From Mobula hypostoma (taxonomy: Eukaryota): 64,000 nucleotides of DNA. Under the pieces are notes generated by a model, which worked only from the letters and a program-made list of their open reading frames with translations, was not told where the DNA came from and did not search any database. This document shows, one piece after another, positions 24,558-36,992 of this stretch (its first letter is position 1; each line of letters opens with the position of its first letter). The stretch spans positions 204,478,001-204,542,000 of the forward strand of contig NC_086097.1 of assembly GCF_963921235.1 (NCBI RefSeq). The letters are read 5' to 3'. The position numbers and the translations under genes were made by a program.

Positions 24558-25026
24558 TTACTCATTTTTATGAACATTGACTTCTCTAACTTCCGCTAGG
24601 CCCCACCTCCCCCTCGTACCCCATCTGTTACTCATTTTTATGCACACATTCTTTCTCTCACTCTCCTTTTTCTCCCTCTGTCCCTCTGAATGTACCTCTT
24701 GCCCATCCTCTGGGTCACCCCCCCCCCCGTCTTTCTTCCCGGACCTCCTGTCCCATGATCCTCTCGTATCCCGTTTTGCCTATCACCTGTCCAGCTCTCG
24801 GCTCTATCCCTCCCCCTCCTGTCTTCTCCTATCATTTTGCATCTCCCCCTCCCCCTCCAGCTTTCAAATCCCTTACTCACTCTTCCTTCAGTTAGTCCTG
24901 ACGAAGGGTCTCGGCCTGAAACGTCGACTGCGCCTCTTCCTATAGATGCTGCTTGGCCTGCTGCGTTCACCAGCAACTTTGATGTGTGTTGCTTGAATTT
25001 CCAGCATCTGCAGAATTCCTGTTGTT
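24558..25026 (+). mobile_element. Young PLE pLTR insertion inside an old CR1 fragment
   Basis: 13-bp TSD TCTGTGTGAATAG at 24545-24557 and 25027-25039; ends at the long 3' terminus. Confidence 0.9.
24893..24930 (+). ncRNA. Minimal type I hammerhead ribozyme
   Basis: TAGTC-CTGACGA-AGGGTCTCGGCCT-GAAACGTC-GACTG; intact core and stem I. Confidence 0.8.
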
Positions 25027-25524
25027 TCTGTGTGAATAGGTTGCCCCTAAACTTCTTCACAAATCTCTCCCCTCTTACCATAACTCTATCTTCTGATTCA
25101 ACATCACTGTGAAAAAAAAGACAGTGCATATTCACCCTATCAATGTTCTTAATGATTTTACACATTTCTATCATATCACCCTCATTCACCGATGCTCTGG
25201 TGAATCAAGTCCTAGCCTGCTCAACTTCTGTCTATAACTCAGTCCCTTGTTATCCTCATAAATCTCCTCAGCACTTTTTCCAATTTAACTAATTTTCTGT
25301 ATAAACTGTGGTGGGTACAATTCTGGTTCCTTTATGTCTTGCCTTTCTGCCGTCCTGAGATCCAAATATTCTTTCAGGTGAAGCTGCAATTGCTCCTATT
25401 TTATGTACTTTATGCTCACAATGTGGCGTCTTCGACCTGGACTGCAGAGCGTGAATGCAGATTAGGTACTTGTTCTGCAGAACACATCCTTTCTGTCTAT
25501 GAGAGCGACCCTGAGCCTCCAGTT

Positions 25525-26470
25525 TAGAATCAGGTTTCATATCACTGGCATTTGTCATGAAATCTTTTGTTTTATGGCAACTGTACATTGCAACAAAATA
25601 ATAATAATAAACTATAAATTACAATAAAATATGTATTTTATATGTACACACACACATATATATGTATATATAACTTAAATAAGTAGTGCAAAAAGAGACT
25701 AAACAATAAGAAAAAATATTGTGTTGGTGTACATGGGTTTATTATTTATTCAGAAATCTGATGGCGGAGGGGAAGATGCTGAAACTGAAACATTGAGTGA
25801 GTGTGTGTCTTCAGGCTTCTATACCTCCTCCTTGATGGGCATGTTCTGAGTGATAGGGGTTCTTAAAGATGGATGCCACTTTTTGAAGGTGTCTTGGATG
25901 CTGGGGAGGCTAATATCCGTGACAGCGTTGGCTGAATTTACAACTTTCTGCACTTTTTTCTAATACTGTGCAGCAGCCCCTCCATACCAGATGGTGATGC
26001 AACCAGTTAGAATGCTCTCCATAGTACATCTGCAGAAATTTGCAAGATTTTGGTGACATACCAAGTCTCCTGAATATAATTGCTGTTGTGCCTTCTTTGT
26101 AAGTGCATGAATATGTTGGACCTAAGGTAGATCTTCAGAGATATTGACACCCAGGAACTTGAAACTGCTTTTCCTCTCCACAGCAACACATACAAAACGC
26201 TGGAGGAACTCAGCAGGTCAGGCAGCATCTATGGAAAAGAGTGAACAGTTGATGTTTTGGGCCAAGACTCTTCTTCAGGCAGGACTGAGAGGGAAAGCGG
26301 GGAAGAACCCTTTCCACTGCAGATCCCTCAAGAGGACGAGCGTGTCTTCCCTCAATTTACCCTTCTTGGAGTCCACAATTAATTTCTTGTTCTTACTGAT
26401 GTTGAGAGCAAGATTATTATTGTGACACCACTCAACCAGCTGATCTGTCTTGCTCTGAGTGCCCATCCTC
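25525..26470 (-). mobile_element. Rex1/Babar LINE 3' fragment with a small PLE remnant (~26186-26309)
   Basis: EWCHNNNLALNISKNKKLIVD; SFKFLGVNISEDL; AGAATCAGGTT tail; PLE terminal sequence flanked by degenerate repeats CTCTCCACAGCA/CTTTCCACTGCA. Confidence 0.75.
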
Positions 26471-26529
26471 ACTGCTTTGGCTTTGGCCTCCTATATTGCC
26501 CCACTAGCACTGAATGCAGCAGCAAAGAG

Positions 26530-26740
26530 GCAAACACGAGGAATTCTGCAGATGCTGGAAATTCAAGCAACACACATCAAAGTTGCTGGTGAACGCAGCA
26601 GGCCAGGCAGCATCTCTAGGAAGAGGTACAGTCGACGTTTTGGGCCTCCTGACGAAGGGTCTCGGCCTGAAACGTCGACTGCACCTCTTCCTAGAGATGC
26701 TGCCTGGCCTGCTGCGTTCACCAGCAACTTTGATGCATGT
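26530..26740. mobile_element. Fold-back PLE pLTR mini-insertion (211 bp)
   Basis: 15-bp TSD TGCAGCAGCAAAGAG at 26515-26529 and 26741-26755; ~80-bp inverted arms around a hammerhead core. Confidence 0.9.
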
Positions 26741-27429
26741 TGCAGCAGCAAAGAGTATTATTTCAACCTTCATCTGCACATTTTGTAATCCTCAGTGCTT
26801 ACTAGTGTATTTTACAATTTTAGGTAACTATTATTTTTGTTTCTACTCTCTCTGCAAATGTGGTTTTACCTCTTCAATTTAAATTTCTTTATCTTTACTC
26901 TTCTGTCTCTCAGTTTCTAAAGTACTTCATTAACTTTGGTGTGCACTATATCATAGGTATTTTCTCCTTTATTTACCACTCCCTTTCTTTACAACTTAAG
27001 ACCTGCTTGTTTTCATGTTTTCCCAGATGAAAAAGGTTTTTATCCTAAATCTGTTGTTCACCCAGCTGATACTGCCTGACTTGTTGACTGTTTCCATCAC
27101 ATCTTTGCTTGAAACTCAATTAGACTAGTATTGGCAAGTAGATAAATTGCACCTTAGGTACACTAAAGCCTTTCATATTCTCAGATTTCCTTGAGTATAG
27201 GGATAATGCATGGCAAAGAAATCACTTAATGCTTAAGGTCAAACAAAGTTTAAAATAAAAGACTGCATTGACTTGATTTGATAATAAGAATACCATCATT
27301 TAAGGCGGGGAGTGAGAATGTTGTTTGCATTCAAAGATAAACAATGATTAAGGACAATCATGTTTGGAGATCTGGACCTCAAATTTGGTACAAAACTCAC
27401 AGTCCACTGGGCAAACATGCAAATGTTAT

Positions 27430-27728
27430 TTTATATTTTACTTACAGATATAGAGCAGAATAGGCCTTTCTGGCTCTTTGAGCTGTGCTGCTATCAGCAA
27501 CCCCTGATTTAACACTAGCCTAATCATAGGACAGTTTACAATGACTAATTAACTTGCTAACCAGTACATTTTTGGACTCTGGGAGGAAACCACTGCGCCC
27601 GCAGGAATCTGACACATTTTGCGGGGAGGACATACAAAACTCCTTTCTGAGGACTTTGGGGTTGAACTCCAAACTCTGACGTCCCAAACTGTAATAGCAT
27701 TGCGTTAACCACTGTGTTGCCATGGTGC
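27430..27728 (-). mobile_element. V-SINE/HE1-like SINE
   Basis: tRNA-like head on minus (GGCAACACAGTGGTTAACGCAATG..GAGTTCAACCCC); similar to 10790-11392. Confidence 0.65.
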
Positions 27729-28032
27729 CTGAATTAACAATGAAAACAGACAGGCTTGTTCCAGTTGATGAGATGACAATGATAAGATGATAGCTCTGAG
27801 GAGGCCAGATTTATTTTCATCAGCACCTTTTTAAGGTGCAAACTTCAGAGGAACAAACTCATTTGTAACATTTAGGGTGTTGCTAAGTTCAAACCTGTAT
27901 CTCCACCATGTTGTGCTGCTGGCTGCACTGTACAAATCAAACAATTCATGGTCTTAAAGTAGGCAATTAGGTGATGACAGTATAAGCAAAAAGAAAGGTT
28001 ACATCAATAAAATTGTCGCAGATAATATCAAA

Positions 28033-28728
28033 ATCAGAATCAGAATCAGGTTTATTTTCACTGACTTATTTGACTTTGTTGTTGTTCACCAGCAGTATAG
28101 TGCAAAAACATTATAATTGCAATAAATTACAAAATAAATAAATAGTGCAATAAAAAGGAAGAACAAACTATTTGCTATCTCCAAAGGTTCACAAACCATT
28201 CAGAAATCAAATTTCAGAGTGGAGAAACCTGTTCTTAAATTATTGAATATGAGTTTTCAGGTTTCTGTACCTCCGCCCTGATGGTAGTAATGAGAAGAGG
28301 GTATGTCATGGTCAGCGAGTGTCTTTAGGGAAAGATGCCACCTTCTTGAGTCACCATGTATTCAAGATGTCCTCAGTGGTGGAGAGGGTTGTGCCCTGAT
28401 TGAACTGGCTGACCCTACAACTGTCTGCAGCCTCTTGTGATACGGTGCACTGGAGTGTCCACACCAGGCTGTGTTGCACCCAGTCAAAATGTTTTCTCCT
28501 CTACACTTATAGATATTTGCAATTGCTTTTGGTGACATTCCAAACTTCCTCAATATTCCTAACAAAGTAGGGCTGCTGGTATGTCTGCTTCATGACTGCA
28601 CCAATGCCTTGGGCCCAGGATGGATCCACTAAATTGTTGATGCCCAGGAACTTGAAGCTGCTCATTCTTTCCTCTGCCAGTTCCTCAATGAAGATTGGTG
28701 TATGTTCTCTCAACTTCCCATTCATAAA
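28033..28728 (-). mobile_element. Rex1/Babar LINE 3' fragment
   Basis: SFKFLGINNLVDPSWAQ..ENILTGCNTAWCG; (ATCAGA)n tail at 28033-28050. Confidence 0.8.
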
Positions 28729-29387
28729 AAAGGAGGCTTCAGGAAATATTTTGTTGAAGCAAATTGCTAAGAGCTCTAAGTGGTATCATGTCACATTCCA
28801 AGTGGTAATTAGGGTGAATTTTTTCTGAGAGTATCTGGAGTTAAGTCAAAGTAATGCCTTAAAGTGACACGAAAGTTAAAGAAGAGTTTGCAAAGCGACT
28901 TGAAAAAGAATTGACCATCAGTAAAGAGAGAATGTGTGTGTTAATACTTAGGTTATAGCTAAGGTTTAAATTTTAGCAAACCCAGAATATGCAAGTGTGG
29001 TTAGAAAAAAGTTTATAATATTTGTACTATTATCATAAGTTTCCTGTATGATCTTGAGCCATTTGGGCTGTAGGGTAAAGTCTGATCTTGAAAAATGAGA
29101 TCACCTGTTAAGTTAATTCAGTAGTTTTTATTTAACCTCAATCTTTCAACTGACCATTTACACATTTCTGATGTTTTCTGTTTTGAGTTAATTAGTTTTC
29201 AACATTATTTTTTCTTATTTCTTATTTCAGCATTCCAGTTGCATGCATAATAGCTTGGTATGGCAACAGTTCTGCATATCATAGGATCAGCCTCCCCTCC
29301 ACAGACTCTGTCTGCACATCCCACCACATCCGTAAAGCAGTTAGCAGAATCAAAAACCTTACCCATCCCTGATGTTCACTAGTCCCA

Positions 29388-30060
29388 TTTTTTTTAGATT
29401 ATGAGAACACTCAGTCCTCTTTTATTGTCATTTAGAAATGCATACATGCATTAAGAAATGATACAATGTTTCTCTGGAGTGATATCACAGAAAACAGGAC
29501 AGACCAAAGACTAACACTGACAGAACCATATAATTATAACATATAGTTACAGCAGTGCAAAGCAATACCATAATTTGATGAAGAACTGACCATGGGCACA
29601 GTAAAAAAAGTCTCAAAGTCCTGAGTCGATCAACTCCCGAGTCCCCGATAGCGGCGGCAAAAGAGAGAAACTCCTTGCCATAAACCTCCAGGCACTGTCA
29701 ACTTGCCGATACCTTGAAAGCAGCTGACACTGAGTCCATCAGTCCGAAAACTCCGAGCTTCTGAGCAGCCTCTCCGATACAGCCTCCCGAGTGCCATCCT
29801 CTGCTGAGTGCCTTCGACCTCTCTCCGGCCGCTGAAACACGCAAAGCCAAGGATTTTGGGGCCTTCAGCTCTGGAGATTCTGGTTACCACACAGTAGCAG
29901 CAGCAGCGAAGCGGGCATTTCAGAAATTTTCCAGATGTTCCTCCGTGCTCTCACATCTGTCTCCATCAAATCAGAATTGTGCACGGTCCCCTACTTGACA
30001 GATTACAGACGTCACCAACGGAGTGGCCACGCACGCTGCTGTGGTGCCACCATCTTCTCC
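29388..30060 (-). mobile_element. ORF-less, poly(A)-tailed retroposon (~670 bp) inserted in a Rex/Babar fragment
   Basis: Minus strand starts GGAGAAGATGGTGGC, has a CpG-rich 5' half, and ends AATAAAA..ATCTAAAAAAAAA; the host LINE resumes on both sides. Confidence 0.6.
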
Positions 30061-31668
30061 CCCCTCCCGGGCAGAAGACATTAAAGCCTGAAAGCACATA
30101 CAGTACCAACAAGTCAAAGAACAGCTTCTACTTGGCTGTTACAAAAAGTATTGAATGGTTCTTTAGTATGATAAGATGGACGAAGTATGGAGACAGAAGA
30201 CACTGGAAATACTCAGCAGGTCAGGCACCATTCATGGAGTTTTCAGGTTGAAGCCTTTTATTATAATTAGGAAATCAAACATGCTTTATGTTGGAGAGGA
30301 CAAAGAACATGTCTGTGGAAACCAAGTGAATGGTACAGGTGGTCTTCATACCAGCTGTGAAAGGGTCTTAGAATCACACAGCATGCCCGAGTCCATATGG
30401 ACCATCAACTATCCATTGACACTAAGCCTACACCAATGTATTTTTTATCTTCCCTCATTCTCATCAGCTCCATCCAGGGTAGCCATCAAAATCAAAGACT
30501 CCACCCACCCCAGACATTTGCTCTTCTCCAATCTCTTGATGCACAGATGATACAAAAACCAGAAAGCATGTACCACCAGGTTCAAGGACAGTTTCTATCC
30601 CATTATCAGACTACAGAATGGACGATATATCGACTCTTGGCCTCACAATTTATACCTTGATATAGCCTTGCGGTTTATGTTTTAGTAGTACTGCACCTTT
30701 TGTAGCTTTTACACTTTATTCTCTGTTATTATTGATTTATCTTACTCTAGTTCATTGCACTGTGTAATGATTTGATCTGTATAAACGAAGTGCAAGACAA
30801 GTGTTTCACTGTATCTTGGTACATGTGACAATAATAAACCAATGCAATACCAATTTTCATCAATGTCACCATTATTTTAAGTTCAGCTCTTCACTAGAAT
30901 TATCATGTGACAACATAATTTCATAAATTTACACAAAATAATGACTTGGAAAAGAATATGCTTAGCCATCGCTTCTATCTAATAACAATTGCTGGTAAAG
31001 CAGAATAGAATAACAGTAAGTTTCTGTATAATATTGTGGAAAGGGTAATTATATTCTGTAAACTTACTGAAACCTTTTGAAGATATCATTAGGTTGGAAG
31101 GCAAGGAATAGACTATTAATAGTATATTTGGATTTCTGGAAGGGATTCTGAACAAGAACCACACAAGGGATTCTGATGTATCACCTCCAATTTATGAGAG
31201 GTGTGTAAATATTAACATGCATTATGTTCAGTTAAAAGACAGACAGGAGGAATAAAAGGTAATTTTCAGAATGGCAATGTAGAGGAAATGTGCTGCAAGT
31301 TTATAATCTCTATGATTCCATTAACTGAGGCAATGAACTATAAAGAGCCATTATTGGTTATATTAGGTTAGTGAGGATGATTCATGGTGTTGTAAACAAG
31401 CTGTAGAGGAATGGAAACTGGTGAATGGACAAGGAAGTGACAGGTGGAATAAAAGGGTGGAAAGTCTCAAGTTATTCACTTTGATAGGAAAAACAATGTT
31501 TATTAAATGGGTGGGGAAGGAAAAGGTGACTTAACATTGGCCTTTAGAAACTATATATGGTTTTAGTCTCCATATCTCATGAAGTATATAATGCAGCAAA
31601 GGCTCATTAAATCGGCAGCCCTCCCATCCCAGCAGTCAAAGTGGAGAGATTCAGTATACTTGAACTAT

Positions 31669-32413
31669 CACAAAACATGAGAAAATCTGCAGATGCTGGA
31701 AATCCAAGCAACACACACAGCATTCTGGAGGAATTCAGCAGGCCAGGCAGCATCTATGGAAAAGAGTACTGTCGATGTTTCAGGCTGAGATCTTTCATCA
31801 GGACTGGAAAAAAAAGATGGGTCAGAGTAAGAATGTGTGGGGGAGGGGAGGAAGAAACACAAGGTGAGAGGTGAAACCAGGAGGGGTGGGAGGGGTGCAG
31901 TAATGAGCTAGGAAGTTGATAGGTGAAAGAGATACAGGACTGGAGAAGAGGGATTCTGATAGGAGAGGACCGAAGGCCATGGAAGAAAGAGAAGAGGGAG
32001 AAACACCAGAGGGAGGTGATGGGCAGTTAAGGAGATAAGGTGAGAGAGAAGAAATGGGAATGGAGAATAGTGAAGTGGGGGCATGACCAGAAGTTAGAGA
32101 AATCAATTTTCATGGCATCAGGTTGGAGGCCACTCAGACGGAACATAAGGTGTTGCTCCTCCAGCCTGAGTGTGGCCTCATTGCAGTAGTAGAGGAGGCC
32201 ATGGACTGACATGTTAGAATGAGAAAGGGAAGTGGAATTAAAAAGGGTGGCCACCTTGTGTTTCTTCCTCTCCTCCCTTCACATTCTTACTAAGACTCTT
32301 CATCTTTTTTTCTCCAAGCCTGAAGAAGGGTCTCAGCTCAAAACATCTACTGTACTCATTTCCATAGATGCTTCCTGGCCTGCTGAGTTCCTCCAGCATT
32401 TTGCATGTGTTAC
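31669..32413. mobile_element. Older PLE inverted insertion (minus arm 31669-~32255, plus arm ~32256-32413)
   Basis: GIY-YIG end EATLRLEEQHLMFRLSGLQPD on minus; hammerhead-like motifs at 31769-31806 (-) and ~32316-32352 (+, decayed); degenerate TSD ACTTGAACTAT/ATTTGGACTAT. Confidence 0.8.
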
Positions 32414-32493
32414 ATTTGGACTATATTTTCTGCATTTTCGTATTCTTGTTGAATGGCATTAATTCTATAGAGAGCTTGGGTGTAGATGCTGAA

Positions 32494-32996
32494 GCAACAC
32501 ACATCAAAGTTGCTGGTGAACGCAGCAGGCCAGGCAGCATCTCTAGGAAGAGGTTCAGTCGACGTTTCAGGCCGAGACCCTCCATCAGGACTAACTGAAA
32601 GAAGGGCTAGTAAGAGATTTGAAAGTGGGAGGGGGAGGGGGAGATCCAAATGATAGGAGAAGACAGGAGGGGGAGGGATGGAGCCAAGAGCTGGACAGGT
32701 GATTGGCAAAAGGGGTATGAGAGGATCATGGGACAGGAGGCCCAGGGAGAAGGAAAAGGTGGGGGGGAAGCCCAGAGAATGGGCAAGGGGTATAGTCAGA
32801 GGGACAGAGGGAGAAAAAAGAGAGAGAGAGGGAGAAAGAATGTGTGTATATAAATAACGGATGGGGTACGAGGGGGAGGTGGGGCATTAGCGGAAGTTAG
32901 AGAAGTCAATGTTCATGCCTGGCCTGCTGCGTTCACCAGCAATTTTGATGTGTATTGCTTGAATTTCCAGCATCTGCAGAATTCCTCGTGTTTGCA
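32494..32996. mobile_element. Young PLE pLTR inverted insertion (minus arm 32494-~32919, plus arm ~32915-32996)
   Basis: 13-bp TSD TGTAGATGCTGAA at 32481-32493 and 32997-33009; hammerhead at 32556-32593 (-) with core variant CUGAUGG. Confidence 0.9.
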
Positions 32997-33859
32997 TGTA
33001 GATGCTGAAAGTCTGTTTATCCTAGACAGTGAGGATTAACAAATTTTACGACATATGCCGAAGATATTAAGCCTGATTCTGATTCTGAGTCTTTCATTAA
33101 AAACAAAAGTTTGGACTAAAGAAATTGGCCACGTTAGATTAGGATTAGGAGGTAATCCATCACTCAGGACTTCATATCCTTGAACTTTTCTTTTTGTATG
33201 CTTAGTTTTTACGTGTATTCAAGCCAGAGGAATAGTTGACTTCTGCAGAAACCGGACTGTAGGGGAGACACCGGAAAATTGGAGTTCATCTTGAAGTTCA
33301 CCATGCTGATATAATGGCAGAACAAGCTCAGGGCATTGTATGTCTTTTCCCCACTCCCACTTATTATATTAACTGGCATGTACTTCTCCAAGTGTCAGTA
33401 AGAATTCATTACCTTCAACTGCTCAATTGGAAAGATGTCATTAGTTTGATGTTTATCGCATTTACAGTTCTGATTTAGAAATATACCCAATAAATAACTT
33501 TAAATAATTTATAGGAAATAAAGAAAGTTGTGAGATGATATTGATATTTGGAAAAGGAAATTTACAGTTTAAATTTATCATATCTGTGTCAGTAGAGGTC
33601 TACATTATCTTTTATTATATAACTGTAAAATACTTTTGAATTCCACTGCAGTAAGACTTCTGTAAATCATGGCACTGGTTGTGTTTTGAATTACGTATTA
33701 AACTGAAAATCCAACATAATCATTCTTTGCTGGAGACAAGAATAATGTAACATCAGACAACAAGATGTCTGGCATAGTAATGAATTATAGCACTGTCAAA
33801 CTCCCTGACTGTATTATTGATTCTGAAAATTCAAGGCCAAAGCTGTTAAGTACTCAAAA

Positions 33860-36800
33860 TGTTACACACACACACACTGACAAGAGTTCGGTGGTGGCCT
33901 CAGTGCTGAGGGAGAGACACAGAGAGCGGAATAAGCTGAGTTTTAATCAGAATTGTACAGAACAAAAAGAAAATAATAAACACTTGGCTAATAGGACCGT
34001 TAACTAAAACTCTCACACTAAAATCTAACGCCATCACTGTGGCTCAGAAGCCAAAACTAAATACTAAATTAATAGAGCTCCTTTACAGCATTGATCTAAA
34101 TTTTAATCTTCTTTCCTGGAAGGTGGACTAGGGTAAGCAGCGAGCGTTGCCATTGCTGTGCTTTGTTCAAGACTTGTCAAGACTGAAATGAAAGGAAGGA
34201 GTTAAAATGATTTTCAATTTCAATTACCAAGAAACCCAAATTGTCTGGAATGTTCATTCTCACGTGTGTAATTGCTGACTTTTTCCAGTTGCCCGCCTGT
34301 GAGAGCGCCCAGACTGTGTGGCAGTGTCTGCCATTGTGACAAAGCATCTCTCCCTAGCTGAATTTGCCAAGGTGGCAGAGGCCTGTGTCCGCTGAAAGTC
34401 CCGAATGCGTGGTTTGTCCAGGGTGCTTCAAGCCAGAATCCAAGAACATTCCTCTGGACAATACCACTCTCAATCCATGAGCTACTGGAGCCTGCTTTGC
34501 ACCTGGCAAGATATCAGGTAGTGCAACACAGAATAGACCCAGAACTCATCTACAAGCTGGGAGGAGGGGAAGGAAATCACCAACTTGAGCTGGGCAACAT
34601 AGGACACTGTTTGAATGGTCACGGATGATGGTAGGCTCAGCTTATAGGAGGCTCTGTTGATAGCCTTCTTCACCATGAATAGTCCCACGTTACATGGAGC
34701 CAACTTGTGGCTCTCAGCTCGCAATGGAAGATCTTTAGATGCCAGCCAAACCTTTACCCTTGGCTTGAGAAGACTCACCTGTCTGCAGAGCCAATTTGTC
34801 TGCTGGGCATATTGTTTTTGGCTGCACAGCTGAGAAGCTCTGCCCTGTCTTTATGTGCGCTTGTAGAATTGGACCAACTGTTTAGCAGCAGAGACTCCCA
34901 CAACAATCTCTTGATCAGAAAAGAATGGTAGCTGGAATCCCATTTTAGAATTCAAAGGGTGACATGCCAGTGGAGGATGACTGGAGGCTATAGTGGGCAA
35001 TCCTTCCCAATCCCTTTTGGGAGCTCCAGGTTGTTAGGTTAGAAGAGACAGGGCAGCACAGGTTTGTCTCCAGCTCCTGATTCATGCTCTCAACCTGGCC
35101 ATTAGATTGGGGTGGAAGCATGATGAAAGATGTCTGTAGCTCCCAAAAGAGAACTGATAGAAGCTTGGAAGAGCAATGAAGTGGACTGCTTTAGAGATCC
35201 TGACTGTAACTACCAGAATGATAATGTTCTCATTAATGGAGACAAACATCTAATGAAATCTACCAAAGGATGAGACAGTGAGGCACAACAGTGATTAGAG
35301 CAGCCTAGCAGGGGGTTAATGTGATGTCTTGTTCTGGGCACCAGTGGGACAGGCAGAGACAAAGTCATAGACATCTTGAGGCGTAGATGGCCAACAGTAG
35401 TTCCTGATTCAACTCCAAACTAGGTCCCTGATTTAACTTTGAAGTGACTTAGTTGAAATATTTTCTGTCTTGTCTAGATTCCACCAGAGAAAGTAGTTTG
35501 GACCTAAGTTGAGGGCAGAGAGTGGAACTGCAGTAGATTCTCCCAGGAGACAATTTTGATTGTACATTGAAGTTGCAGAGGCCGAGTCATTGGGTATATT
35601 TAGGCCAGAATAAACAGCATCACAAGGTACTCATAGTGGTCAGTGGAGGCGTTGAATGCTGTTTTCCAATCATCCCCATTCTCGGATGCAAACCAAGTTG
35701 TAAGCATTGTTCAGATCTATCTTGGAGAATATGGCTGCTCCCCGGAGAAGCAGGGGAAGAGGGTAGCGGTTCTTCGCTGTGATGTTGTTGAGGGGCTGAT
35801 AATCAATGCAGGGATGGAGCTTGCCATCCTTCTTGCTCACAAAATAGTAGCCCATCCCTGCTGGCGAGGTTGATGGACAGATAAATCCTAAGGCCAATGC
35901 CTCCTTGATGTATTCTTCCGTGGCCACCATTTCAAGATGAGAGAGGGAAAAGAGCCAGCCCCCTGGAGAATTAGAACAGGATAAGAGGTCAATAGTACAA
36001 CCATATGGCTGCTGTGGATGCAGGGAAGTGACCTTCTTCTTACTGAAGACCTCAAGAAGGTCAGCATATTCAGCTGGAACATCAGACAGGTCTATACTAG
36101 CAGCTGGCACAGGAGGGGATACGTTGACATAAGCTTGAACTGGACCTAGATAGGTGGACAGGCATGCCGGTTCCCACTCTTAGAGTGGCTTCAGGGACCA
36201 ATTGATCTATGGGTTGTGTTGAGATAGCCAGGACAGGCCAAGTACCAGCAGCAGTACAAGTGAATCAACAAGTTATAAGGAGATCTGTTCCCTATGGTTG
36301 CCTTCTAGCACAAGTTGGAAAGATGGATCCTGCCGGTGCCCATAGCTGTGAGTGCTGATATCGGTTCTTGCTGTTTGGACTGGGCTTGCTGCTCTGAGAG
36401 CAATTGTCGCATTGCATGAGCCATTTCTGTCAACCCAGCCTCCGCTGACTTAAACATCTCCTCCACTTGACCAACACAATTCAGGGCCGATGTCACCTGT
36501 TCTCTCTCCGCTGGTCGTCTTGCTGACAACAGTTTGGGAATGGCCCAAATGCTGAGGGAGAGACACTGAAGATGGAATGAACAGTTCACTGAGTTTTAAT
36601 CAGAACTGTAAAGAACAAAAGGAAGACAATAAATGTTAGTCTAACAGGGCTGCTAACTAAAACTCTCAAACTGAAATTTAACACCATCACTGCAGCTCAG
36701 AAGCAGCAGCTGAATACTAAATAAATAGAGCTCCTTTACAGCATCAATCTAAATTTTAATCTTCTTTCTTGAAATGTGGACTAGGGTAAGCAGGGAGCAT

Positions 36801-36992
36801 TGCCATCGTTGTGGTTTGTTCAAGAATTGACAAGACTGAAATGAAAGGAAGGGAGTTAAGTGAGTTAAATACAATTACCAAGAAACCCAAATTGGCTGGA
36901 ATGTTCATTCTCACATGTGTGTTTGCCGACTTCCTCCAGCTGTCTGCCTGCAAGAGTGCCTGGATTCTGTGACCGTGTCTGTCGTTGTGACA
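33860..36992 (-). mobile_element. Decayed, internally deleted Sushi-like chromovirus (Gypsy) with both LTRs (33860-34341, 36521-36992)
   Basis: Diverged LTR pair; RT start DLLEVFSKKK..SPAGMGYYFVSKKDGKLHPCIDYQPLNNITAKNRYPLPL; chromodomain remnant EFWVYSVLH..RLQ*LMD*EWYCPEECSWI; purine tract next to the 3' LTR. Confidence 0.85.
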
